A program made the translations under genes and the position numbers. A DNA stretch of 64,000 bases from the human T2T-CHM13v2.0 reference genome, Homo sapiens, in NCBI RefSeq assembly GCF_009914755.1, contig NC_060929.1; one strand, 5' to 3'. A model generated the notes under the pieces. It ran no database searches. It saw nothing but the letters and a program-made list of their open reading frames with translations, and was not told the DNA's origin. How positions within the stretch are numbered: position 1 is the first letter of the stretch; each line of letters starts with the position of its first letter. Below are positions 42,570-56,927 of this stretch, one piece after another.

Positions 42570-45500
42570 ACTCGGGTTGATTACATCCTATTCCATTTCA
42601 TTCCACTCCTTTTGTTTCCATTTCTTTCCACTAGTGTTGATTCCATTCCATTCCGTTCCATTCCACTCGCGTTGATTCCATCCCTTTCCACTCCATTCAA
42701 ATCCATTCTTTGCCATTACTTTCCATTCCATTCCATTCCATTCTATTGCATTCCATTCCATTCCATTCCATTAAGCTCGTGTTGAGTCCCTTTCATTCCA
42801 TTCCATTCCATTCCATTTCATTCCATTCCATTCCATTCCCGTTGGGTTCACTCCATTCCATCCCTTTCCATTCCATTCCATTCCATACCATTGCTTTCCA
42901 TTCCACTTGGGTTGACTCCATTCCATTACATTCCTTTCCATTCCATTCCATTCCTTTCCATTGCACTCGTGTTGATTCCATTCCATTCCATTCCATTTCA
43001 TTCCATTCCATTCCATTCCACTTTGGTTGATAATATTTCATTCCATTCCATTCCTTTTGATTCCATTCCATTCCACTCGTGTTGATTCCATTCCATTCCA
43101 TTCCATTCCATTCAACGCGGATTGAGTCCATTCCATTCAATTCCATTCCATCCCTTCCATTCCATTCCATTATATTCCACTAGGGGTGATTCCAATCCAT
43201 TCCATTCCATTCCATTCCTTTCCGTTCCATTCCATTCCGATCCATTCCATTCCAAGCGTGTTGATTCCATTCCATTTCTTTCCATTCCATTCCTTTCCAT
43301 TCCATTCCAAGCGTGTTGCTTCCATTCCATTTCTTTCCATTCCATTCCTTTCCATTCCATTATACTCGTGTTGATTCCTTCCCATTCCATTCCATTCCAT
43401 TTCATTCCATTCCACTCGTGTTGATTCCATTCTGTTCCATTCCATTCCATTCCACTCGCATGGATTTCATTCCATTCCTTTCCATTCCATTCCTTTCCAT
43501 TCCATACCATTCCTTTCCATTCCGTTCCATTCAATTCCATTCCATTCCACTCGTGTTGATACCAATTCATTCCATTCTATTCCTATCCATTCCACTCCTG
43601 TTGATTCCAATCCATTCCATGCCATTCCATTCCATTCCATTCTATTCCATTCCATTCCATTCCATTCCATTCCATTCCATTCCCCACGTGTTGATTTCCA
43701 TCCATTCAGTTCTTTTCCGTCTCATTCCTTTCCTTTACATTCATGTTGTCGTCATTCCATTCCATTATATTCCAATCAATTCCATTCCATTCCTTTCCAG
43801 TAGCGTTGATTCCTTTGCATTCCATTCCATTCCATGCTTTCCACTCGATTTGACTCCAATGCATTCCATTCCATTCCTTTCAATTCCTTTCCATTTCATT
43901 CCAATCGTGTTGACTCCAATCCATTCCATTCCATTCCATTCCACTCGCGTTGATTAGATTCCATGGAATTCCATTTCACTCCATCCCATTCCTTTCCATT
44001 CCATTCCACTCGTGTTGATTAGATTCCATGGAATTCCATTTCACTGCATTCTATTCCATTCCATTCCAGTCGGGATGATTCCATTTCTTTCCATTCCATT
44101 AAATTCTGGTTGAGTCCATTTCATTCCATTCCATTCCATTCCATTCTATTCCATTCCGTTCCATTCAACTCGGGTTGACTCCTTTCCATTCCATTCCTTT
44201 CCATTCTATTCCATTCCATTCCATTCCATTCCATTCCTTTCCATTCTATTCCATTCCATTCCATTCCATTCCATTCCATTCCATTCCATTCCATTCCACT
44301 CGGGTTGATTCCATTCCATTGCATTCCGTTCCATTCCATTCCGTTCCACTCGGGTTGATTCCTTTACATTCCTTTCCATTCCATTTCATTCCATTCCATT
44401 CCATTCCGTTCCCTTCCATTCCAAGAGAGTTGATTCCCTTCCATTCCTTTCCAATCCATTCCATTCCATTCCATTCCGTTCAACTCGGGTTGATTCCATT
44501 CCATTCCATTCCACTCCATTCCATTCCATTCCATTCCACTCGGGTTGATTTCGTCCCATTCCTTTCCATTTCATTCGTTTTGATTCCATTCCATTCCACT
44601 AGTGGTGATTCCCTCCCATTCCACTCCATTCTATTCCATTCCTTTCTATTCCATTCCATTCCATTCCCTTCCACTCTGGTTGATTCCATCCCATTCCACT
44701 CCATTCCATTCCATTCCATTCCATTCCATTCCATTCCATTCCATTCCATTCTATTCCCTTCCATTCTATTCAATTCCATTTCATTCCATTCTATTCCATT
44801 CCATTCCACTCGGGTGGATTCCATTCCAGTCCATTCTATTCCATTCCATTCCATTCCATTCCATTCCATTCCATTCCATTCCATTACATTACATTCCCCT
44901 CAGGTTGATTCCATTCCATTCCTTTCCATTCCATTCCATTCCTTTCCATTCCATTCCATTCGATTCCATTCCACTCAGGTTGATTTCATCCCATTCCACT
45001 CCATTCCATTCCATTCCATTCCATTTCATTCATTTCGATTGCGTTCCATTTCATTCCTTTCCATTGCATTCCATTCCACTCGTGTGGATTCCATTCCAAT
45101 CAAATCCATTCCATTCCATTCCATTCCATTCCTTTCCATTCCATTGCTTTCCATTCCATTCCATTCCATTAAATTCGGATTGATTCCATTTCATTCCATT
45201 CCATTCCATTCCGTTCAATTCCATTATATTCCCTTGCATTCCATTCCATTCCATTCTATTCCATTCCATTCCATTCCACTCGGGTTGATTCCTTTCCTTT
45301 CCAGTCCTTCCCATTCCATTCCATTCTATTCTATTCCATTCCATTCCATTCCACTCGGGTTGATTCCTTTCCATTCCATTCCATTCCATTCCATTCCACT
45401 CGCGTTGATTCCATTGCATTCCATTCTATTCCATTCCATTTCATTCCACTCGGGTTGATTCCAAACCATTCCACTCCAATCCGTTCCATTCCATTCCATT

Positions 45501-47360
45501 CCAATCTATTCCATTCAATTTAATTGCATTCCATTCCATTCCTTTCCATTCCATTACACTCGAGTTAATACCACTCCATTCCATTCCATTCCATTCCATT
45601 CCACTCTATTCCCTTCCATTTCATTCCATTCGATTCCATTTCATTCCATTCCATTCCATTTCACTCCATTCCACTAGGGGTGATTTCATTATGTTCCATG
45701 CCATTCGAATCCATTCCATAACTTTCCATTCCATTGCATTCCAATCGGGTTGATTCCATCCAGTTCCAGTCCAATCCATTCCATTCCGTTCCATTCAAAT
45801 CTATTCCATTCCATTTAATTGCATTCTATTCCATTCCATTCCACTCGTGTGGATTCCATTCCATTTTATTCCATTCCATTAAAATCGGTTTGAGTCCATT
45901 TCACTCCATTCCATTCCATTCCATTCCATTCCATTCCATTCCATTCCATTCCACTCGGGTTGATTCCATTCCATTCCATTCCATTCCACTCAATTGCACT
46001 CCATTCCATTCCATTCCATTAAACTCGGTTTGGCTCCATTTCACTCCACTCCATTCCATTCTATTCCTTTCCATTCGGGTTGATTCCATTCCATTCCTTT
46101 CCATTCCATTCCATTCCGTTCCATTCCATTCCAAGCGTGTTGATTCCATTCCATTGCATTCCATTCCGTTGCATTCCATTCCCTTCCTTTCCATTCCATT
46201 CTGTTCCATTCCATTCCATTGCATTCCATTCGTGTTGATTCCATTCCATTCCATTCCATTTCATTCCGTTCCATTCCATTAAATTACACTCAGTAGGATT
46301 CCGTTTCATTCCATTCCATCCCCTTCCACTCCATTCCATTCCATTCCTGTTCATACCATTCCATTCCATTCCATTCCATTCCATTCCTTTCCATTCCATT
46401 CCATTCCTCTCAGGTTGATTCCTTTCCATTCCATTCCATTCCACTCGGGTTGATTCCGTTCCGGTCCATTCCATTCTATTCCACTCGGGTTGATTCCATT
46501 CCATTACATTGCATTCCATTCCACTCGGGTTGATACCATTCCATTCCGTTCCAATCCATGCCATTCCATTCCATTCCATTCTATTCCATTTCACGTGCCT
46601 TGAATCCATTCCATTCCATTATAATCATTCGATTCCTTCCATTCCATTCCATTCCATTCCAATCCATTCCATTCTATTCCATTCTACTGTGGTTAATTCC
46701 AACCCCTTCCACTCCATTGCATTCCATTCCATTCCATTTCATTCTATTTCATTCAAATCCATTCCTTTCCATTCCACTCGGGTGGATTCCATTCCATTCC
46801 GTTCCATTCTAATCCACTCCATTCCATTCCATTCCTTTCCATTCCATTCCACTCAGGTTGATACCATTCCATTCCATTCCATTCTATTCCATTCCCTTCC
46901 ATTCCACTCGTGTTGATTCCATTGCATTCCATTCCTTTCCATTCCATTCCATTCCATTCCATTCCATTCCATTCCACTCGTGTTGATTCCTTTCCAGTCC
47001 ATTCCATTCCATTCCAATCCATTCCACTCGGGTTGATTGCATTCCATTCCATTCCATTCCATTCCTTTTGATTCCATTCCATTCCACTCGTGTTTACTCC
47101 ATTCCACTCCACTCCATTCCATTCCACTCGGATTGATTCAGTTTCATTGCTTTCCATTCCATTCCATTCCATTCCACTCTGGTTGATTCCATTCCGTTCC
47201 ATTCCATTCCATTCCGTTCCATTCCATTCCAAGCGTGTTGATTCCATTCTTTTCCTTTCCCATCCATTCCATTCCATTGCATTCCACTCCATTCCATTCC
47301 ACTCGGGTTGATTCCATTCCATTCCATTCCATTCCATTCCATTCCATTCCATTCCATTCC
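42570..47360 (+). repeat. HOR unit 8 (4791 bp)
   Basis: Landmark spacing; private 40-bp duplication at ~44198-44277. Confidence 0.93.
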
Positions 47361-50300
47361 ACTCGGGTTGATTACATCCTATTCCATTTCATTCCACTCC
47401 TTTTGTTTCCATTTCTTTCCACTAGTGTTGATTCCATTCCATTCCGTTCCATTCCACTCGCGTTGATTCCATCCCTTTCCACTCCATTCAAATCCATTCT
47501 TTGCCATTACTTTCCATTCCATTCCATTCCATTCTATTGCATTCCATTCCATTCCATTCCATTAAGCTCGTGTTGAGTCCCTTTCATTCCATTCCATTCC
47601 ATTCCATTTCATTCCATTCCATTCCATTCCCGTTGGGTTCACTCCATTCCATCCCTTTCCATTCCATTCCATTCCATACCATTGCTTTCCATTCCACTTG
47701 GGTTGACTCCATTCCATTACATTCCTTTCCATTCCATTCCATTCCTTTCCATTGCACTCGTGTTGATTCCATTCCATTCCATTCCATTCCATTTCATTCC
47801 ATTCCATTCCATTCCACTTTGGTTGATAATATTTCATTCCATTCCATTCCTTTTGATTCCATTCCATTCCACTCGTGTTGATTCCATTCCATTCCATTCC
47901 ATTCCATTCAACGCGGATTGAGTCCATTCCATTCAATTCCATTCCATCCCTTCCATTCCATTCCATTATATTCCACTAGGGGTGATTCCAATCCATTCCA
48001 TTCCATTCCATTCCTTTCCGTTCCATTCCATTCCGATCCATTCCATTCCAAGCGTGTTGATTCCATTCCATTTCTTTCCATTCCATTCCTTTCCATTCCA
48101 TTCCAAGCGTGTTGCTTCCATTCCATTTCTTTCCATTCCATTCCTTTCCATTCCATTATACTCGTGTTGATTCCTTCCCATTCCATTCCATTCCATTTCA
48201 TTCCATTCCACTCGTGTTGATTCCATTCTGTTCCATTCCATTCCATTCCACTCGCATGGATTTCATTCCATTCCTTTCCATTCCATTCCTTTCCATTCCA
48301 TACCATTCCTTTCCATTCCGTTCCATTCAATTCCATTCCATTCCACTCGTGTTGATACCAATTCATTCCATTCTATTCCTATCCATTCCACTCCTGTTGA
48401 TTCCAATCCATTCCATGCCATTCCATTCCATTCCATTCTATTCCATTCCATTCCATTCCATTCCATTCCATTCCATTCCCCACGTGTTGATTTCCATCCA
48501 TTCAGTTCTTTTCCGTCTCATTCCTTTCCTTTACATTCATGTTGTCGTCATTCCATTCCATTATATTCCAATCAATTCCATTCCATTCCTTTCCAGTAGC
48601 GTTGATTCCTTTGCATTCCATTCCATACCGTGCTTTCCACTCGATTTGACTCCAATGCATTCCATTCCATTCCTTTCAATTCCTTTCCATTTCATTCCAA
48701 TCGTGTTGACTCCAATCCATTCCATTCCATTCCATTCCACTCGCGTTGATTAGATTCCATGGAATTCCATTTCACTCCATCCCATTCCTTTCCATTCCAT
48801 TCCACTCGTGTTGATTAGATTCCATGGAATTCCATTTCACTGCATTCTATTCCATTCCATTCCAGTCGGGATGATTCCATTTCTTTCCATTCCATTAAAT
48901 TCTGGTTGAGTCCATTTCATTCCATTCCATTCCATTCCATTCTATTCCATTCCGTTCCATTCCACTCGGGTTGACTCCTTTCCATTCCATTCCTTTCCAT
49001 TCTATTCCATTCCATTCCATTCCATTCCATTCCATTCCATTCCATTCCATTCCACTCGGGTTGATTCCATTCCATTGCATTCCGTTCCATTCCATTCCGT
49101 TCCACTCGGGTTGATTCCTTTACATTCCTTTCCATTCCATTTCATTCCATTCCATTCCATTCCGTTCCCTTCCATTCCAAGAGAGTTGATTCCCTTCCAT
49201 TCCTTTCCAATCCATTCCATTCCATTCCATTCCATTCCATTCCGTTCAACTCGGGTTGATTCCATTCCATTCCATTCCACTCCATTCCATTCCATTCCAT
49301 TCCACTCGGGTTGATTTCGTCCCATTCCTTTCCATTTCATTCGTTTTGATTCCATTCCATTCCACTAGTGGTGATTCCCTCCCATTCCACTCCATTCTAT
49401 TCCATTCCTTTCTATTCCATTCCATTCCATTCCCTTCCACTCTGGTTGATTCCATCCCATTCCACTCCATTCCATTCCATTCCATTCCATTCCATTCCAT
49501 TCCATTCCATTCCATTCCATTCCATTCCATTCTATTCCCTTCCATTCTATTCAATTCCATTTCATTCCATTCTATTCCATTCCATTCCACTCGGGTGGAT
49601 TCCATTCCATTCCATTCTATTCCATTCCATTCCATTCCATTCCATTCCATTCCATTACATTACATTACATTCCCCTCAGGTTGATTCCATTCCATTCCTT
49701 TCCATTCCATTCCATTCCTTTCCATTCCATTCCATTCGATTCCATTCCACTCAGGTTGATTTCATCCCATTCCACTCCATTCCATTCCATTCCATTCCAT
49801 TTCATTCATTTCGATTGCGTTCCATTTCATTCCTTTCCATTGCATTCCATTCCACTCGTGTGGATTCCATTCCAATCAAATCCATTCCATTCCATTCCAT
49901 TCCATTCCTTTCCATTCCATTGCTTTCCATTCCATTCCATTCCATTAAATTCGGATTGATTCCATTTCATTCCATTCCATTCCATTCCGTTCAATTCCAT
50001 TATATTCCCTTGCATTCCATTCCATTCCATTCTATTCCATTCCATTCCATTCCACTCGGGTTGATTCCTTTCCTTTCCAGTCCTTCCCATTCCATTCCAT
50101 TCTATTCTATTCCATTCCATTCCATTCCACTCGGGTTGATTCCTTTCCATTCCATTCCATTCCATTCCATTCCACTCGCGTTGATTCCATTGCATTCCAT
50201 TCTATTCCATTCCATTTCATTCCACTCGGGTTGATTCCAAACCATTCCACTCCAATCCGTTCCATTCCATTCCATTCCAATCTATTCCATTCAATTTAAT

Positions 50301-52171
50301 TGCATTCCATTCCATTCCTTTCCATTCCATTACACTCGAGTTAATACCACTCCATTCCATTCCATTCCATTCCATTCCACTCTATTCCCTTCCATTTCAT
50401 TCCATTCGATTCCACTTCATTCCATTCCATTCCATTTCACTCCATTCCACTAGGGGTGATTTCATTATGTTCCATGCCATTCGAATCCATTCCATAACTT
50501 TCCATTCCATTGCATTCCAATCGGGTTGATTCCATCCAGTTCCAGTCCAATCCATTCCATTCCGTTCCATTCAAATCTATTCCATTCCATTTAATTGCAT
50601 TCTATTCCATTCCATTCCACTCGTGTGGATTCCATTCCATTTTATTCCATTCCATTAAAATCGGTTTGAGTCCATTTCACTCCATTCCATTCCATTCCAT
50701 TCCATTCCATTCCATTCCATTCCACTCGGGTTGATTCCATTCCATTCCATTCCATTCCACTCAATTGCACTCCATTCCATTCCATTCCATTAAACTCGGT
50801 TTGGCTCCATTTCACTCCACTCCATTCCATTCTATTCCTTTCCATTCGGGTTGATTCCATTCCATTCCTTTCCATTCCATTCCATTCCATTCCATTCCGT
50901 TCCATTCCATTCCAAGCGTGTTGATTCCATTCCATTGCATTCCATTCCGTTGCATTCCATTCCCTTCCTTTCCATTCCATTCTGTTCCATTCCATTCCAT
51001 TGCATTCCATTCGTGTTGATTCCATTCCATTCCATTCCATTTCATTCCGTTCCATTCCATTAAATTACACTCAGTAGGATTCCGTTTCATTCCATTCCAT
51101 CCCCTTCCACTCCATTCCATTCCATTCCTGTTCATACCATTCCATTCCATTCCATTCCATTCCATTCCTTTCCATTCCATTCCATTCCTCTCCATTCCAT
51201 TCCATTCCTCTCAGGTTGATTCCTTTCCATTCCATTCCATTCCACTCGGGTTGATTCCGTTCCGGTCCATTCCATTCTATTCCACTCGGGTTGATTCCAT
51301 TCCATTACATTGCATTCCATTCCACTCGGGTTGATACCATTCCATTCCGTTCCAATCCATGCCATTCCATTCCATTCCATTCTATTCCATTTCACGTGCC
51401 TTGAATCCATTCCATTCCATTATAATCATTCGATTCCTTCCATTCCATTCCATTCCATTCCATTCCAATCCATTCCATTCTATTCCATTCTACTGTGGTT
51501 AATTCCAACCCCTTCCACTCCATTGCATTCCATTCCATTCCATTTCATTCTATTTCATTCAAATCCATTCCTTTCCATTCCACTCGGGTGGATTCCATTC
51601 CATTCCGTTCCATTCTAATCCACTCCATTCCATTCCATTCCTTTCCATTCCATTCCACTCAGGTTGATACCATTCCATTCCATTCCATTCTATTCCATTC
51701 CCTTCCATTCCACTCGTGTTGATTCCATTGCATTCCATTCCTTTCCATTCCATTCCATTCCATTCCATTCCATTCCACTCGTGTTGATTCCTTTCCAGTC
51801 CATTCCATTCCATTCCAATCCATTCCACTCGGGTTGATTGCATTCCATTCCATTCCATTCCATTCCTTTTGATTCCATTCCATTCCACTCGTGTTTACTC
51901 CATTCCACTCCACTCCATTCCATTCCACTCGGATTGATTCAGTTTCATTGCTTTCCATTCCATTCCATTCCATTCCACTCTGGTTGATTCCATTCCGTTC
52001 CATTCCATTCCATTCCGTTCCATTCCATTCCAAGCGTGTTGATTCCATTCTTTTCCTTTCCCATCCATTCCATTCCATTGCATTCCACTCCATTCCATTC
52101 CACTCGGGTTGATTCCATTCCATTCCATTCCATTCCATTCCATTCCATTCCATTCCATTCCATTCCATTCC
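47361..52171 (+). repeat. HOR unit 9 (4811 bp)
   Basis: Landmark spacing; CGATTCCACTTC variant (~50415); private 20-bp insertion at ~51189. Confidence 0.93.
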
Positions 52172-55100
52172 ACTCGGGTTGATTACATCCTATTCCATTT
52201 CATTCCACTCCTTTTGTTTCCATTTCTTTCCACTAGTGTTGATTCCATTCCATTCCGTTCCATTCCACTCGCGTTGATTCCATCCCTTTCCACTCCATTC
52301 AAATCCATTCTTTGCCATTACTTTCCATTCCATTCCATTCCATTCTATTGCATTCCATTCCATTCCATTCCATTAAGCTCGTGTTGAGTCCCTTTCATTC
52401 CATTCCATTCCATTCCATTTCATTCCATTCCATTCCATTCCCGTTGGGTTCACTCCATTCCATCCCTTTCCATTCCATTCCATTCCATACCATTGCTTTC
52501 CATTCCACTTGGGTTGACTCCATTCCATTACATTCCTTTCCATTCCATTCCATTCCTTTCCATTGCACTCGTGTTGATTCCATTCCATTCCATTCCATTC
52601 CATTTCATTCCATTCCATTCCATTCCACTTTGGTTGATAATATTTCATTCCATTCCATTCCTTTTGATTCCATTCCATTCCACTCGTGTTGATTCCATTC
52701 CATTCCATTCCATTCCATTCCATTCAACGCGGATTGAGTCCATTCCATTCAATTCCATTCCATCCCTTCCATTCCATTCCATTATATTCCACTAGGGGTG
52801 ATTCCAATCCATTCCATTCCATTCCATTCCTTTCCGTTCCATTCCATTCCGATCCATTCCATTCCAAGCGTGTTGATTCCATTCCATTTCTTTCCATTCC
52901 ATTCCTTTCCATTCCATTCCAAGCGTGTTGCTTCCATTCCATTTCTTTCCATTCCATTCCTTTCCATTCCATTATACTCGTGTTGATTCCTTCCCATTCC
53001 ATTCCATTCCATTTCATTCCATTCCACTCGTGTTGATTCCATTCTGTTCCATTCCATTCCATTCCACTCGCATGGATTTCATTCCATTCCTTTCCATTCC
53101 ATTCCTTTCCATTCCATACCATTCCTTTCCATTCCGTTCCATTCAATTCCATTCCATTCCACTCGTGTTGATACCAATTCATTCCATTCTATTCCTATCC
53201 ATTCCACTCCTGTTGATTCCAATCCATTCCATGCCATTCCATTCCATTCCATTCTATTCCATTCCATTCCATTCCATTCCATTCCATTCCCCACGTGTTG
53301 ATTTCCATCCATTCAGTTCTTTTCCGTCTCATTCCTTTCCTTTACATTCATGTTGTTGTCATTCCATTCCATTATATTCCAATCAATTCCATTCCATTCC
53401 TTTCCAGTAGCGTTGATTCCTTTGCATTCCATTCCATTCCATGCTTTCCACTCGATTTGACTCCAATGCATTCCATTCCATTCCTTTCAATTCCTTTCCA
53501 TTTCATTCCAATCGTGTTGACTCCAATCCATTCCATTCCATTCCATTCCACTCGCGTTGATTAGATTCCATGGAATTCCATTTCACTCCATCCCATTCCT
53601 TTCCATTCCATTCCACTCGTGTTGATTAGATTCCATGGAATTCCATTTCACTGCATTCTATTCCATTCCATTCCAGTCGGGATGATTCCATTTCTTTCCA
53701 TTCCATTAAATTCTGGTTGAGTCCATTTCATTCCATTCCATTCCATTCCATTCTATTCCATTCCGTTCCATTCCACTCGGGTTGACTCCTTTCCATTCCA
53801 TTCCTTTCCATTCTATTCCATTCCATTCCATTCCATTCCATTCCATTCCATTCCATTCCACTCGGGTTGATTCCATTCCATTGCATTCCGTTCCATTCCA
53901 TTCCGTTCCACTCGGGTTGATTCCTTTACATTCCTTTCCATTCCATTTCATTCCATTCCATTCCATTCCGTTCCCTTCCATTCCAAGAGAGTTGATTCCC
54001 TTCCATTCCTTTCCAATCCATTCCATTCCATTCCATTCCATTCCATTCCGTTCAACTCGGGTTGATTCCATTCCATTCCATTCCACTCCATTCCATTCCA
54101 TTCCATTCCATTCAGGTTGATTTCGTCCCATTCCTTTCCATTTCATTCGTTTTGATTCCATTCCATTCCACTAGTGGTGATTCCCTCCCATTCCACTCCA
54201 TTCTATTCCATTCCTTTCTATTCCATTCCATTCCATTCCCTTCCACTCTGGTTGATTCCATCCCATTCCACTCCATTCCATTCCATTCCATTCCATTCCA
54301 TTCCATTCCATTCCATTCTATTCCCTTCCATTCTATTCAATTCCATTTCATTCCATTCTATTCCATTCCATTCCACTCGGGTGGATTCCATTCCATTCCA
54401 TTCTATTCCATTCCATTCCATTCCATTCCATTCCATTCCATTACATTACATTACATTCCCCTCAGGTTGATTCCATTCCATTCCTTTCCATTCCATTCCA
54501 TTCCTTTCCATTCCATTCCATTCGATTCCATTCCACTCAGGTTGATTTCATCCCATTCCACTCCATTCCATTCCATTCCATTCCATTTCATTCATTTCGA
54601 TTGCGTTCCATTTCATTCCTTTCCATTGCATTCCATTCCACTCGTGTGGATTCCATTCCAATCAAATCCATTCCATTCCATTCCATTCCATTCCTTTCCA
54701 TTCCATTGCTTTCCATTCCATTCCATTCCATTAAATTCGGATTGATTCCATTTCATTCCATTCCATTCCATTCCGTTCAATTCCATTATATTCCCTTGCA
54801 TTCCATTCCATTCCATTCTATTCCATTCCATTCCATTCCACTCGGGTTGATTCCTTTCCTTTCCAGTCCTTCCCATTCCATTCCATTCTATTCTATTCCA
54901 TTCCATTCCATTCCACTCGGGTTGATTCCTTTCCATTCCATTCCATTCCATTCCATTCCACTCGCGTTGATTCCATTGCATTCCATTCTATTCCATTCCA
55001 TTTCATTCCACTCGGGTTGATTCCAAACCATTCCACTCCAATCCGTTCCATTCCATTCCATTCCAATCTATTCCATTCAATTTAATTGCATTCCATTCCA

Positions 55101-56927
55101 TTCCTTTCCATTCCATTACACTCGAGTTAATACCACTCCATTCCATTCCATTCCATTCCATTCCACTCTATTCCCTTCCATTTCATTCCATTCGATTCCA
55201 TTTCATTCCATTCCATTCCATTTCACTCCATTCCACTAGGGGTGATTTCATTATGTTCCATGCCATTCGAATCCATTCCATAACTTTCCATTCCATTGCA
55301 TTCCAATCGGGTTGATTCCATCCAGTTCCAGTCCAATCCATTCCATTCCGTTCCATTCAAATCTATTCCATTCCATTTAATTGCATTCTATTCCATTCCA
55401 TTCCACTCGTGTGGATTCCATTCCATTTTATTCCATTCCATTAAAATCGGTTTGAGTCCATTTCACTCCATTCCATTCCATTCCATTCCATTCCATTCCA
55501 TTCCATTCCATTCCACTCGGGTTGATTCCATTCCATTCCATTCCATTCCACTCAATTGCACTCCATTCCATTCCATTCCATTAAACTCGGTTTGGCTCCA
55601 TTTCACTCCACTCCATTCCATTCTATTCCTTTCCATTCGGGTTGATTCCATTCCATTCCTTTCCATTCCATTCCATTCCATTCCATTCCGTTCCATTCCA
55701 TTCCAAGCGTGTTGATTCCATTCCATTGCATTCCATTCCGTTGCATTCCATTCCCTTCCTTTCCATTCCATTCTGTTCCATTCCATTCCATTGCATTCCA
55801 TTCGTGTTGATTCCATTCCATTCCATTCCATTTCATTCCGTTCCATTCCATTAAATTACACTCAGTAGGATTCCGTTTCATTCCATTCCATCCCCTTCCA
55901 CTCCATTCCATTCCATTCCTGTTCATACCATTCCATTCCATTCCATTCCATTCCATTCCTTTCCATTCCATTCCATTCCTCTCAGGTTGATTCCTTTCCA
56001 TTCCATTCCATTCCACTCGGGTTGATTCCGTTCCGGTCCATTCCATTCTATTCCACTCGGGTTGATTCCATTCCATTACATTGCATTCCATTCCACTCGG
56101 GTTGATACCATTCCATTCTGTTCCAATCCATGCCATTCCATTCCATTCCATTCTATTCCATTTCACGTGCCTTGAATCCATTCCATTCCATTATAATCAT
56201 TCGATTCCTTCCATTCCATTCCATTCCATTCCAATCCATTCCATTCTATTCCATTCTACTGTGGTTAATTCCAACCCCTTCCACTCCATTGCATTCCATT
56301 CCATTCCATTTCATTCTATTTCATTCAAATCCATTCCTTTCCATTCCACTCGGGTGGATTCCATTCCATTCCGTTCCATTCTAATCCACTCCATTCCATT
56401 CCATTCCTTTCCATTCCATTCCACTCAGGTTGATACCATTCCATTCCATTCCATTCTATTCCATTCCCTTCCATTCCACTCGTGTTGATTCCATTGCATT
56501 CCATTCCTTTCCATTCCATTCCATTCCATTCCATTCCATTCCATTCCACTCGTGTTGATTCCTTTCCAGTCCATTCCATTCCATTCCAATCCATTCCACT
56601 CGGGTTGATTGCATTCCATTCCATTCCATTCCATTCCTTTTGATTCCATTCCATTCCACTCGTGTTTACTCCATTCCACTCCACTCCATTCCATTCCACT
56701 CGGATTGATTCAGTTTCATTGCTTTCCATTCCATTCCATTCCATTCCACTCTGGTTGATTCCATTCCGTTCCATTCCATTCCATTCCGTTCCATTCCATT
56801 CCAAGCGTGTTGATTCCATTCTTTTCCTTTCCCATCCATTCCATTCCATTGCATTCCACTCCATTCCATTCCACTCGGGTTGATTCCATTCCATTCCATT
56901 CCATTCCATTCCATTCCATTCCATTCC
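52172..56927 (+). repeat. HOR unit 10 (4756 bp)
   Basis: Landmark spacing; carries the ATTCAGGTTGATTTCG variant (~54110). Confidence 0.93.
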
